A DNA stretch of 62,820 nucleotides, filler included, from Choristocarpus tenellus KU-1152 (Eukaryota > Protista > Phaeophyceae), in NCBI GenBank assembly GCA_964200185.2. It is 8 parts of 8 records of this genome, joined end to end, with 100 filler letters (N's around TTAATTAATTAA, not from the genome) between each part and the next. Parts side by side here need not be neighbours in the genome. Positions count along the whole stretch, not along the records: positions 33,501 to 39,384 come from CAXNAD020009517.1; positions 39,485 to 50,038 come from CAXNAD020002861.1; 6 more parts are not named here. One strand, given 5' to 3'. The number at the start of each line of letters is the position of its first letter. Position 1 is the stretch's first letter. The notes beneath the pieces are model-generated. The model was not told the DNA's origin. It did not search any database and saw only the letters and a list, made by a program, of their open reading frames with translations. Positions 34,786 through 47,800 of this stretch are shown in pieces. The position numbers and the translations under genes are program-made.

Positions 34786-37229
34786 CCTTCTCCAGCTCTG
34801 TTGGGGCTGTAACTATTTTGGGAGCGGGGAGGGGGGAGTGGGCACATTCTTTTTCTTACATTGCATGCTCTCAAGTGTTTTAGGTTTGTAGGAACAAGAG
34901 TAGCACAAGGATAGAGTCAGTCAACCACACTTTTCAATATCTGTCACAGGATTCTGTTTATGTGGTGTAGAGGTCGAGGTTTGGTTAATGTTGTGACCCC
35001 TGTTGTTCCTGTCTGCTTCATGGAGGTAGTCTATCCTGTCCCACACAAAGTAAACCTGATGGCTACAATACAGGTCACCTTCTTTGTTTTCCACCCCTCA
35101 TCCCTGGTTATGTTTTAATTTCTTGGAAATATGATTCCTTGTGGATCATCTGTGCTTCCATCTGGTGGAATGTGTAACTCTGTAAGGGTATTTCAGTGTG
35201 TATGTGTGAGTTGATGCTGACTCAGAGGAAGCTCTACTGTTAATAATACTGTTGTTCAATATCACACAGCGACCATGGAGTCACCTGTGAGGGTTCATGT
35301 TTTTGGATGGTGTTTTGTTCTTTGTTGGAGTATGTTGTAGAGCTATGATTTGCAATGTTCAAATTGGGTGGATTTATTTAATTGAAGAATTATCTTGATC
35401 TTTAATCTAGACTCAAAGTCTTTTCCATTAGGCTGTTATTGTTATTGATGTGTATATATGAGCACTGAGTGACTTCCCTGGGACAAGTTATGTTTGTCGT
35501 TTCTTGATAGCCACCTCGTGACACTTGGTGCTTTGTGCATGACTTTAATAACTATTCAATTAAGTTATTCATCAGTAGTCTAATCTTTTCAAGCTGATGT
35601 TAATTGAACAAGACATTTTTAAAAGTTAGAATTAGTTCGTTTCGCAGGAGAGTTTCAACATTTTATATAGTAGCACCATTGTACTACTCTCTTCCTTTCG
35701 TTGTGCCATTGGTAGTTATCATATTGTAGCACACGAATCCCTATGATTGGACAAAGTTACGAGTATTTGTAATAAAAATTTGAGGCGTGATTCTCGTTTA
35801 GGCGGGCATTTTTTTTTGTAACGGCACAGGTCACAGAAGAGTTCAATAAAAAAATAAAATAAAGGCAAGGCCTGAGCACAATTTTCTTATCACTCAATAC
35901 CAAAAATGGTCAACACATACCCAGACTATTTTATAGACTACATTTACAAGTCTCAACATATACAGGACTGTGTCTTGGCAAACAAGGGGAGTAGCAGGAA
36001 GTGTACGACACTACACCCTTTTATGTACTTCAAGTATTTAGTTCCTGCATAGAGGAACAAGTTAATTTGGAAATAGAACATGAGGACCAAGGGAATGGTT
36101 GAACGTCAGTGGAACGATCAGCTGGGGGTTCACGGTTCACGATTTTGTAGAAACGAAATTGGCAAAAGCGAAACTTCGTCTATAATAATTTCCATGCATC
36201 TCTGTTGCTGTTGTTATTCGAAGTTGCGGAAGGAGAGGTAGGATAACGGAAAAACACGGTTGTGGTAGGAAGGAGTACGAAAAGAGGGCAATTACGCACA
36301 CCTGAACTTAACTGAGATACAGACAGTGTACGTTTGAGAAGTAACATAATTTTGTACGTGGCGACATACAGAACTAACTGTTGCACTGGTTGCACATAAG
36401 AGGCCTCCTTTGCAGTCACGTGGGGTGGTGAGCTATCCACCAATCCTCTTCAGATCCATCTACAAATTGCTCCATACGTGTCCCTTAGCAGTTCCCACTA
36501 CATTTTTCCTCCAAAGAGGAAGGTCCACACCTTTGGCGAGTTGGTTTTGCCTGGGAAGTCTTTGCTATATATTGTGGAGATCAAAAAATAATTGGGTTGC
36601 CGAGCTGGTTTTCCTCAGGCAATGCGTTCCCTTCAAAGAAAGTCGAGTGAAAATAGTGTGTAAAGTGCCGTTAGCCTGCTGCTTCTATCATTGCCAGTGA
36701 CAACAATGTGCTATCGCCCCTGCTGCTGATATCGTGTCCTCTGTGACTATCCTGGCGTAGGGTCAAATACTACATATCGATATCCAGAATTGCTACCTGC
36801 AATGGGAAGGACATGTATGACTTCATCCTTGTATCAACACCACTCAGGAGTGGTCTAGATGGCCACAAGCAGAAGGTGAAATCTCAGACACCTGGACCAG
36901 CAATCGCTGGCTACGGCGAAGCCTCCTGAAGCTATGCTTATACTATTCCATGGTGCATTACATTTTAACCTTGGACTCTGTCCAGTAGTTTACAAGGTGG
37001 TCAGGGTTCTTGAGGTTTACCCTATCGACTGGTTGCTGGTGCATCCAAGGCACGGAGCTCACTTTCCCTCTACACGCACCAACTGCTAGTACAATGCCAA
37101 GTACCATATCCCCCATGTGTATCATGCTCTCCCTCCCCTCCTGTCTGACTCTTACTCTCCATCTCCAGCAAGTGCATCAAAAGCTTTCTAGTTCCCGGAC
37201 ATTTTGGCCCGGTCAAATCCTTGACTTGT

Positions 37230-37415
37230 GGTTCAAAGTATCTGGGGGTGGGGGATGGGGGTGTCTACACCAGGGAGGGGGTCCATTCGTGTTTGACCAG
37301 GAGAAGTGATCTTACATCATCCATCCGACACATGCAACTAAATCACCCAAAAATCCCGACATGGAAAAATGGGTCCCGAAAGGACAGCCGTCACCTCCCC
37401 CATAATCTTTGAGCC
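37230..37415 (+). mobile_element. MITE family A copy
   Basis: GGTTCAAAGTATCTGGGGG ... CTTTGAGCC; body as other A copies. Confidence 0.9.
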
Positions 37416-37855
37416 TGCCAAAACCTGGAGCGACTTGTCATCTGTCAACAAGTACCTTAGCTCTTCACAGTCGAAATTTTCATTCTCTACTGATATGTAT
37501 CCAGATCCAAGGAGGTAAGGCAGGAAATCATCCCACTATGCCAGTGCTCACATCTGCAGAGATAACAGATTCGACCTTGGAGTGCTGAGAAGAGGAAAGG
37601 CCATGTAAAAAATACAACTATAATGAAGGAAAGTACTAGATATGTACATATACTGAAAAGAACTGTATTGAAAAGAACTGTAGTGGACGAGAAAAACAAA
37701 AGGCAACTCTTCAAAAACTGACTATGAAGGCGGGTGAGAATGGAGGGAAGAATCCCTTGAATAATATTGTCGAGCCTTTCCTAGCCCATCGACCTGGAGT
37801 TTCTAGTTTAGATCGTGAAACTCTTTCTGGATACGACCATTACTTGATTGACCAG

Positions 37856-38005
37856 TGACTGAAATAATCTGCCTCAACCGTCATTTCACAATTGACACTC
37901 TTTCGGTTGAAAATCCTCGACCTCCCTACCTGACTGAAATAATCTGCCTCAACCGTCATTTCACAGTTGACATCCTTTCGGTTGAAGATCCTCGACCTCC
38001 CTAAC
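37856..38005. repeat. Recent 75-bp tandem duplication
   Basis: TGACTGAAATAATCTGCCTCAACCGTCATTTCACA...TCCTCGACCTCCCTA at 37856 and 37931, few mismatches. Confidence 0.95.
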
Positions 38006-38428
38006 TCCTACATCAACGTGTGTTGATAGCTCATCAAGAAATAGCTCTGCTTGTGTACCAAGAACATATGTTTATATATTTCACGTAATATACTACGTCG
38101 TACTACTCTGCAATACTATTAACAAGGGAAGCAGCCTTCGATCAACCAATCGGAGTTGAGGAAATGAACTACTGTGGTGAGAGGAAATGAGACTGCGTAA
38201 GCGAAACAGGGTTCCAGACATCAGCAATCAACGATGGTGGGACAAAAAGTGATCTGGAATCTTGAACCCGTTGGCTGGATGTCACATCATGATTGTGCCT
38301 ACTCTAAACGACAGATAAGTGTTACAGATATCCTCAGAACATCTCAAACGGCTGATACTTATCATTGATTGATATCAATTCTAAACACGGGTGATGAGCT
38401 AGCGACTCATCATGTTGTAGGTGGTAGA

Positions 38429-38692
38429 GAGTCAAACCAATCTTAATTGAGAGGTAGGCAGGTTTGGACCCTTTTACATTCCAAGCCATCTGTCTTACCC
38501 TGTACAATACAATCTATTTCATTGCTTCCGGTGCACAATAGTAAACGTAAATCGATCTTTCCCCTCTCCATACACAAAGTGTCGCCTCAATTAGGCAAAG
38601 GCCCTTTTCTGCAATGGTATAGAATGGTGTCTTCTTACTCTTTCTGAGATGCTTCAAATGCAACGCTGCCTACCTCTCTCAATGTGTTTTGG
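38429..38692 (-). mobile_element. MITE family C copy, reverse
   Basis: GAGTCAAACCAAT(CTTAA)TTGAGAGGTAGGCAG ... CTGCCTACCTCTC; right tip eroded. Confidence 0.9.
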
Positions 38693-39362
38693 TAGGAACT
38701 GAGGGTCTTTAGTTGGAAGTGAGTTGTGAAAGACGCCCCTGAAGCAGATCGTGTCAGGTACTCCTCAACAAACGGGCTCCAAATTGACTCCAGACAGACT
38801 TTATGTTTCAAACTAGAGATACTATAACTCTGATTGGGATTATCATGATATGTATCTATCTGGTGTATAATAATAAAATAGTTTTCTCTCCTTTTGTTGC
38901 TTAGTTGTATTCTCTGTATGGAGGTATTTCCTCTGCCCCGACTCTATTGTTATTGTAGTAGTGCTATCAATATTACTAATAACTTTGTTTTATATTGTCT
39001 TATTTTCTGTACTCAATAGTACCTTGTTTTTGTCTACACGACAATCTCTGCAACATACCCTGTCAGTAGGTATAATAATATCAATATGTATACTCTATAA
39101 TAGAGCATGTTGTATATGAAAACTATCACTCTGAATGAATGAGGGTGGTGATAACAACAATAGACAGTCACCAGTACAGGACCAACTGAAGAGGTACAAA
39201 AGATCACCCCAGACCAAAGCTCTAGATCATCCTCAAGGAAGATAGTACACTCACCTACACCAGAAATTGATATGCATCAAAGTAACAAAACACGGCAAGC
39301 TCAAGTAAGTATGACGGTTGAACTGGGAGAACAGACAGCACAAGCCAATCAATCGATGAGGA

Positions 39363-39384
39363 GGATCAAAGTATCTTGGGGGGG
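39363..39384 (+). mobile_element. Family A/E TIR at contig end
   Basis: GGATCAAAGTATCTTGGGGGGG then linker. Confidence 0.75.
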
Positions 39385-39484
39385 NNNNNNNNNNNNNNNN
39401 NNNNNNNNNNNNNNNNNNNNNNNNNNNNTTAATTAATTAANNNNNNNNNNNNNNNNNNNNNNNNNNNNNNNNNNNNNNNNNNNN
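39385..39484. other. Artificial contig linker
   Basis: N44-TTAATTAATTAA-N44. Confidence 0.99.
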
Positions 39485-40927
39485 CTGGCCTGCATGTACA
39501 ATAACAGCACCCCCCTTCCCCCCGCCCCTTTCCCCACATTTCAATGATATATGCTCTGCCTACTGGGTGCTATCTGAGCTGTAAAGCTGTCCAGAGGACG
39601 GCTTGAGTGTGACCGCACAAACATGTGCCTAATGTGTGCCTGCTACTACGAAATAGAGCCTGCTTGTTGCTATAGGGCGCCCAGGCGGCTCTCACTGCCC
39701 AGGGGCCTGGACGCTTAGGCGGCCCTGTGCAGATCAAAAAATTCTCCTTGACACCACCCGTCTTTCACCATCCACCCTCTCTCCCCTACTGCTACGCTGT
39801 CCCATCCCATACCACACAAGGCCTGGCCAGCAGAAGGCCAGCTCAGGCTACTTTTGTAAGGATACTTTTGTACAACCACCTGTAACTGTGGTCGGTCAAG
39901 GTCATTCCAGGTCAAGCCCATAAAACAAAGCGGCACAAAAGTAGTACAAACTTGAAAGTGAGCCTGGTGATTTGAGTCCTGACAGTTGAAAAGTGCCTTG
40001 TCTGTTGTGTGAGCAGGGTGGAGATGCCTTGAAAACGAGCAACATCTATGCCTAATGCTCAGAAGTGGCCACTGAGATGATTTACCCTGTGACCTGTGAA
40101 ATCTAATGATAGACCTGGTGCTCTGCCCACTCCACTTGAAGATCCTTGTCTGTCAGACGAAGAATGGAACATATCCTGCAGGCCTTCGCAGAGAAGAGGC
40201 ATTGCCATACAAATATATATATGGAGCATTGAGTGTGGCAATCGATTCTTATGAAAATGTGAGGGTGCATTCCAAGGGAATAGAAAACTAACTCAACCTG
40301 CGCATGCTTCTCCCAACCAATCTTCTGAGAGACATGATACTGTTGATTTCACACTCAAGAAATGGCGACATAACAATGTCCACTCCAACATCAAGGGACA
40401 TAAGAAACAAAAAAAAGGAAAGCAGGCAGAGTAGAGACTCAACTTGATTCCAAAAACAAATGTTTTTTGGAAGGGATTTGGCAGAACAAAGGCCACTGAC
40501 CCCGAAGATCACACTACTTGGTTTTCAGAACCCAAACCATATTGAACAGGATTTGTTCTTTGGGCACATAAAAACGAGGTTTCATTGTTTTCAAGTTCAG
40601 GCCATGGATTACGGTAAGCAGCAGTATCATGTATTTGGAGTATTCTCATAGAGTGCAACATATTATTGAGAAAAGGTTTTTAAAAGTTGATACAAGGCAG
40701 CGTCAATCAGTGTGCTTCACGGATTCTTTTCACACTACAGAGTGCTACCAAGACATGTTACAAACAATAGAGCACATCAAAGTAACTCTCAACTGCAAAT
40801 AGCACCAACTGATAACAGACACACTCAAGGTGAAATATTTTCTTATCCTGCCTGGTCACACACCTCAAAAAACCACACTGATAGGTGACGAACAAAATCT
40901 GGACTACCTATTTATATATTTTTCCAG

Positions 40928-43420
40928 TTAGCAAAACCAGGACAAGAAACCCTCACCTGCCAGACCACTAGAGTTATCAGACACAAACAAGTTTGAGCCA
41001 AACTCATTCTCAGCAGGCACATCTTTTCCTTCTCCTGCAGCTCCACTCCCCCCACAAGTCCCATGCCCTGGTGCAGGTCCACCTGCATCACCAGCAGTAC
41101 TGGTCACATTCACACTAAGGGCAGAGCCAAACGCATCTGCCCGCCAAAGGGAGCTGCCACTGACATCCCCAGACAGCCCACCCCCATCCACCGCCCTGTC
41201 CCCCCCAGCCCGACCATAGGCTAGTGCCTCAGAAGAGGATGAAGGTGGTCCGCCACCACCTAACCCAGAGAAAAGAAGTGGGAGCTGACTCTGTCCTTCC
41301 CTGCTCACACTCCCATTGCCACTTGCGTTATCGGGGATAGTGCTGCCAACTGTGCTGCCAGAGCCCATGGATCTATGGCCATCAAGACTCAGCTCTGCAA
41401 TAGCATTCTCCAGAAGATCATTGTTAAGGAGTCGTGGTGAGCTCCCTACAGGAGTTGAGAGACTTGACCCACCATCCCCAACACCCATTCGATTCAAAGG
41501 CTGCCACTGAGAGAGCTCCTGCACTTCCTGAGGCAGACGTGAGTGAAACAGCGGCGAAAGATCTGATCCTCCACCCCCATGGTGCCCTACCACATCCTGA
41601 ACATCATGTACATGGTCATAGGCTGAGTATCGCACTCCAGGTGGAGGGGGGACACGTTCACCCCCTCCTGACCTCAACAACTGTCCAACCTCAGAACCTG
41701 ACCTGGATCGATTTCCAGACCCCTGTGCTACAGAAGACCATGCACTATTCCCTGCTCCCTGACCATGACCAGACCCCTGTGCTAATCCATGAAGAGCCTG
41801 TCCGTATGATCTCTCTCCAATTCCATGATCCAAGTGCTGTAAGTGTTCTTCTGAGGCTGAAAGAAGTGCTTCTGGATCAAATGTCTCTCCTAGCCCTGTG
41901 CCCCCTGAGTTTTTTGCCCCCCAAGCTTTAAGGCGCTGAACAAAGGCATGTGCTGCCACTGCCTCAGCACGAGTGGGACCACCAGGGCCAAAGGGTTGGT
42001 TGTAGCTATGCATGCCATTGGATCCACTCCGAGCAGATGGATGTGACTGAAGTCCAAGATCATCTCGTCCTTGCAAATGACCGAAGTGTTGAGGTGGTTT
42101 TCCACCTAATTGAGGTGACATGCCGGGCGCAGAAGGACGACCCCCCCCATACCTAAGTGCAGCTGCATATGAGTTTGTGGCAAAGCGCTGTTGCTGCAGT
42201 GTTCCAGGTGGAATATGAGCTCCACAGGCACCTGGGCCCAATACTATTGTATCACGCCCTGTTGTAGTACGGGCCCTTTGGGCCCGTTTTGAAACAGGCT
42301 TCTGAGACATTGGGCCACCAGGCCCTTGTAGCAATGTCCCAGATGTGCCAGGTGGGCCAAAGCTCATCAAGACAGGGCTACTGGGACCACTGCTCCCCCC
42401 CCCAGTGCTAGCCTGTGAGCGTGGCACAGCACGTTTCACTTCTACAACCTTTCCATTGACTGTGTGGTGTGTGCTTTGAAGAACTGCATTGGCTGATTCC
42501 TCATTTTCAAACACCACAAAGCCAAATCCTCGAGACTTATGTGTCTCACGATTGAACATCACCTCTGCCATTGCCACACGCCCAAACTGCTCAAAATAAG
42601 CCCGAAGGGAAGCATCACGTGTCTCATAGTGCAGTCCACCCACAAAAATCTGGTTACCAAAATGCAGAGTAATCCTGGTCATAGTTGGAAGACTGTACTT
42701 TGCCTAAAACATCATGCTCTTACAAATACCATTAAAAAAGGTGCCATTTTATCACTGCATAATTTATCCCCTTTTGCAATTAGACAAGTTGACCCAAATG
42801 CACTACAAGGTCAGCCAACGGCGATTTAACAAAAAAACAACCTCAACCAACAAGGAAATTGCAATCTACCAATGCAGCTATGCCTCACCTTATTAATTGC
42901 AAGTGCTCCATCAATACTAGCTGCACCGCCCATACTCCCTCCGCTCACTGTGCTGTTTGACCGCGTCCTCTGCTCTGTTAGCCCTCGTAATAGGTGTCCC
43001 TCCACCACAAAACCAGGGTCCCACGTGGGCTGTGATGGTTGAAGCAGGGGCGACCCTGTCAACAATGAGTCAGCCTGAAGCACAGGACCAAAACTTAGAT
43101 GTGAATGGATTGTGTGGGGAAGGCAACACATACCTCGAGTGATCCGTGGTATCGTGGGCAATAGACTGACCTTGGGCACTTCAGAGCGTGGAACAGCACG
43201 TTTTGCTTCTACCCGTCGATTGTCCACGATGTGTTGTTCAACTGAGAGAGCCGCCTCCACACTGGCTGCATTTGTGTAGGTAATGAACCCGAAACCCCGA
43301 GACCGCCGAGATACAGAGTCCTTCATGACTATTGCATCTGTCACCACGCCAAACTGCTCAAAATACCTCTTTAGGGCATCGTCTGTTGTCTCAAACGACA
43401 GCCCTCCAATAAATATTTTC
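40928..43420 (-). CDS. Two-RRM RNA-binding protein of the hnRNP A/D-Musashi-DAZAP1 type with long Gly/Ser-rich tail; exons 43420-43171, 43074-42889, 42649-40928; short 5' exon(s) in 43487-43890 unresolved
   Basis: RRM1 KIFIGGLSFETTD...RSRGFGFITY...VEAKRAVPR and RRM2 KIFVGGLHYETRD...KSRGFGFVVF...VEVKRAVPR; in-phase GT-AG introns. Confidence 0.93.
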
Positions 43421-43889
43421 CTGAGACATAAGCAAGACACGTGTATGCCATAAAAGGCAAGGTCAGTCAAAGGAACGGTCTTGTACCGAAGCCGTAATTC
43501 ATATTGCTTTCACTCAGACAAGAGTTTACTGCTTCTGCAGCACTTGATACCTACAGGTTGCTTGTTCCGTAGGGGTGCCTAATATATAACCCGCTAAGGT
43601 GAATTTTAATACACCGCCCTCTTACCACCTCAAAAAGCTCAATCACCTCCGTTGCTCGCGTGGCCCTGAACATAAGTCTTAGGTCCGTGAATGCGAAAAG
43701 ACCAGACACTTGCATATCAACCCGTGAACTATATTACATACTATGACCTTTTCCTTTTCCCCGACCCGATAACAAAACTCGAAGGTACCACTGTAAGCTC
43801 ACATCAACACAAGAGGTCCAAAAATCCTGTGTCAATTCTCCAGCATTCACTCACATGCTTTGTCGATACGAGTCGCCCATCTTTCCAAT

Positions 43890-44860
43890 TGACAACGAGC
43901 TCGATGTTTTCCCTTGCTGATTCACCGATTCAAGCTGCTCCGAACAGAGCAGTATTGCCGAGACCAAACCACTGAAGTTGCTAGCAAAATTAACCAAATA
44001 AAGGCGTCTAAGACGCCCCAATCCACCAGGTACACGTAAGTTGCACTGTGTTTTCAATTTTGGGAAAGGTTAATTCTCCACACTGTTCTGTCCCTCCTCA
44101 CCCCTATAGTTCCTGATGGACAAATTCGATTCCCCCTGTTTGCCATTCAATAAATTATGTCTAGGTGAGTTTAGCTTTTTTTAAGTACCCCCAATTACAA
44201 TTTAATCAATCCTTCACAGGTCTAGAAGTCCGTCCTCCCTATCTCTGAGTGTTGACCTTCGTGTGATATTGCTCGGGGACGTGTCTGGTCACACCTTGCT
44301 GATTTTGGGGAGCAACAATGTTGAGCAACAAACTAGTAACAAAATAAATATACAAATATATTTATTGTAGAATCAGAGTTAGCATTTTCGATTCTCCACA
44401 AGTTTGCTGGACGAGCGGCAAAACTCGGGTGTCATCACGCTATAATTGTAAGGAAACAAGGGAAGGGCCTATGCATGGACCATTGTTTGCGTATGTGGGG
44501 AGCGTACCCTCCCGTGGAACCCACCCCCTTCATGCCCTTTGTTGTGCGATGTGTGAGTGAGGTAGGTCTTAGTGCAGATTGTATAGTAGTGGCAGATTCA
44601 AATAGTAAATTATCGTCGTGTCTTGTAACTTGCCACGACTACACTAGTACTGTCCCGTATGTCAAGTAGATCCACTCTCCTGTGTGAGCTTTCTTTTCAT
44701 TTCTATGCGTTTTCTGTACGTCCTGCAGATGTTTGGTTGGTCCACATCCAACTGAAATCAGGACATTAGAACCACAACCTTCCTTGACAAATCAAGGTCA
44801 TGTTCAACCACCGTGTTATTCTGCAGTAGCAGAATAAGAAATCTCTGATGTGAAAGAGAG
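43890..44860. promoter_or_regulatory. Probable shared (bidirectional) promoter region
   Basis: About 1 kb with no recognised TE copy, between the divergent 5' ends of the RRM gene and the coiled-coil gene; positional inference only. Confidence 0.45.
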
Positions 44861-44864
44861 AGCA

Positions 44865-47800
44865 ATGGAAGATCGCTTTCGGGAGAGATATGACTCCCTC
44901 CGTAGTGTATACGAGGCGCGTATCGCCAGTCTTGCGGGAGCGGTGCGAGGAGCTGCGTTTGGGGTGGAGGTGGACGAGGTTACCCACGAACTCAGGTCAA
45001 ATGAGAGCACCAGGATCTTCGCACCGGAACACTTAGCTGCATGTATCGAGGAGCACATGGCTGCTGAGAATGTGTCGTTTTTGCAGGACCTCACCCTGCG
45101 ACTGGCTGATGCCAAAGCCGACCTTGGAAACTTTCAGCGGGAACACCGTGAGTTATCCATAAAGCTGGCTTCGCTTGAGGTGGGCAATATTCATGCAGAA
45201 CGTGAAAGCATGCAAGTTATCAATGTTACTATGGAGGTCCAGGAGATCAGGCGTGAGTATCAGGTAAGGTTTGCTTTTATGTATGGTACTTCCGTCTCTC
45301 GACCAACATGAACTCACCTCCACGTATTCTCACTTACTGGTACATACAAAGTCGACTAACGGAGCTGTTTTACCCATTCTTCATCATCTCACCCATCTAT
45401 TGGTGTCCTTTGGCTTTGCAAAGGAGGCACTTGAACAAGCATCAAGGGAATCTCAACGCCTAAAGGGAGAAAATTCAGCACTCAGCAAAAGCTTGGTCTC
45501 ATCAACAGAGGAAAGACTAGCACTCGCTGAGAGGATACAGGTCTTACAAACGAAAGTTACTGATACACAGGCCATGTGTGTTGCGGTGGAAACGAAGAGT
45601 TTGGAAGTGTCGAGGTGTGTCGAATCAAGGAAACAGGCTTTGCAAATGTCGGAAGGAAAATATTAGGTTGATGAGGAATGTGAGACAAGTTACTATAAAA
45701 TATTGTATTATTGCTTCTTTGGTGTCAGACAAGCATCCAATTTCAAAAGGCAGACGTGTTTTAAACATGTGATAGGTCAGCTTTTATGGAGACATTTTCA
45801 GATGTCCATTTAGCTCTGTGGTAGGTGTCAACCATAGAGCTCTTGGGAGGAAGAACAAGATGCTACATGGTAGGATTGTTGTGCTGGAAGGTACACTTGG
45901 GGGGGAGTGATTCAGGTACTGTAAATGGAGGAGATTCTGAAATTCCGTACAGATTATGACCACCAGAGTACTTGGAACATCCTTCCAAGAGGGAAGGAAA
46001 ACACAAATTTTAATGAAGTTTCACACCAACAACAAACTGTGAATGGTGAATGTATAGAGTACTGCTTGGACATATCAAAATATGTGTGAAAAGATTATGA
46101 GAAAAATGGAATATGATGCTGGCATTTTTTGTTGTTGTGATACCCTTTTCCATTAGCAGATGATGATATCTTTGTTATGAGAAATTACCATTTCTATCTT
46201 ATCAACTACTCTCAAAGCATGTACATAGCATTGCCTTATCCATAGAGAGGGGCAATGACTGCCAAAGGGGGTTGCTAGAATGCTGAAGTATGTTTGCAGG
46301 GACCAGACCAGAGGAAGTGTGGTTCTTCCTCTACAGTAGGTCAGGCAGGGAGAGGATGAATGATAGAAAGAGCGCCATGCACTGGAAGTTGTGAGGCTGT
46401 TGGCCAAATGCACTTTGATTTTGGGGAAAGAAGGTTTATCCACAACCCACCAGGAGGTGTGACATCATGAAGGTGACATATTGGACTGCTGGTTATTGTT
46501 TATTTTTGTCTTCACATTAGTCTGGGGATTACCTGACCTGTAGTCAGAGGCAATACAAACTACTTCTCATACTAACTACTGATTGGAAGTAAGTCAATCT
46601 TGTTAAGAGGAAGGTGAGACAATCTGTTTATGTAGTGTGTACACTAGTGTTGTGGTTCCAATAATGTTGAAATGTTTCACACCACTAATACCATATACTA
46701 TGCCACATACTATACACTGAAAGTGCTTTGTACCTGTCTGATATTACAGGTGACGTAGTGGTTCACCTCTCTGTGGTGTCTTTGACTATCTTTCCTCACT
46801 GGACATGTGCCAGATGCAAATGTCACGTTACCTTGAATGTGCATTGCCTTAGAAGCACCCTATGTGTCACCAGTTGCTGCATTGTTGTATACGACACTGT
46901 GCTGATAAGTCTTCTCAAACAAATTTGAATGCTCGCAGACTCGAGCGTGAACTGTGTGATGAGAAAACTAGCAATGGCAAGCTAAGAGCCAAAGTTGACT
47001 ATGCAAAGGACAGAATTATGGATCTTGATTCACGGCATCAAGAACTCAAGTTTCAGGTTTGTCCTCCTAATCAAGTTACTTCATGTGTAGATGCTCTAGT
47101 TATTGCTGGAATAGACATCCATTGCATGTTGTGTGTGCAATATATCTCACCAGGTCCTAGCATTGTGCTTGTAAGATTTTTTTTTCTTTAAGAAATTCAT
47201 ATGGACCAGCCACTGAAGCACTAGGATGAACGCCAATATTTCAAATGGGACAGAATAGTTTCAAGAACAGAATAGTTTCAAGAAGCACTGATTAAGCGCT
47301 CTCTGTTGAATAGGCTTGGGCAGAGGAAGGGATATGAGACATTGGTGACATTGCTAAATGCAAACCCTATTGAGGTGGTGGCCTTTTTTTTTGCTGTACC
47401 ATGATCCCATCTCCATTGTTCAACTTGTGGATGCATGGGACAGGCCCTGTCGCTGAACAATTGCATAAAGGAGAGGGACAAGCGCTTGAAGTCCTTTCAA
47501 CAGCAAAAAAGTGAATCTGAGGTGTGTTCAATGGAAGCCCTGCCATGAGAGGCACAAACCATCTTGTGTGAGTCTTCGGAGTGGAGTTATGAGTACAGGA
47601 CTATTTTTGACTTGCCCGCTAAACCCTCCTCATTCCTAACCCAGGTACGATTTCGCAATGCTGTGACTCACATGGAGTCCTTGATGGATGCAGAAGCCAA
47701 GGAGAGCAGTTCAGTTGTCAAAGAATTGCGAGATAAGGCCCAGCGAGTGAAAGAGAGGTGAGGGAAGCACACTTAACAAACACCTGTATATATAATATAT

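Noticed and set aside
35020-35080. TPP riboswitch downstream of the thiE exon (GTCCC...AACCTGAT)
   Set aside because: Lacks the CTGAGA motif and the P4/P5 pairing (GG.TAAT.CC.GCG); chance partial match.
37856-38005. CRISPR-like array
   Set aside because: Only two adjacent 75-bp units with no spacers, eukaryotic context, no cas genes.
41316-42156. Plus-strand ORFs opposite the RRM exon (likewise 26859-27173 opposite the FYVE-like exon)
   Set aside because: Antisense shadows of GC-rich coding exons.
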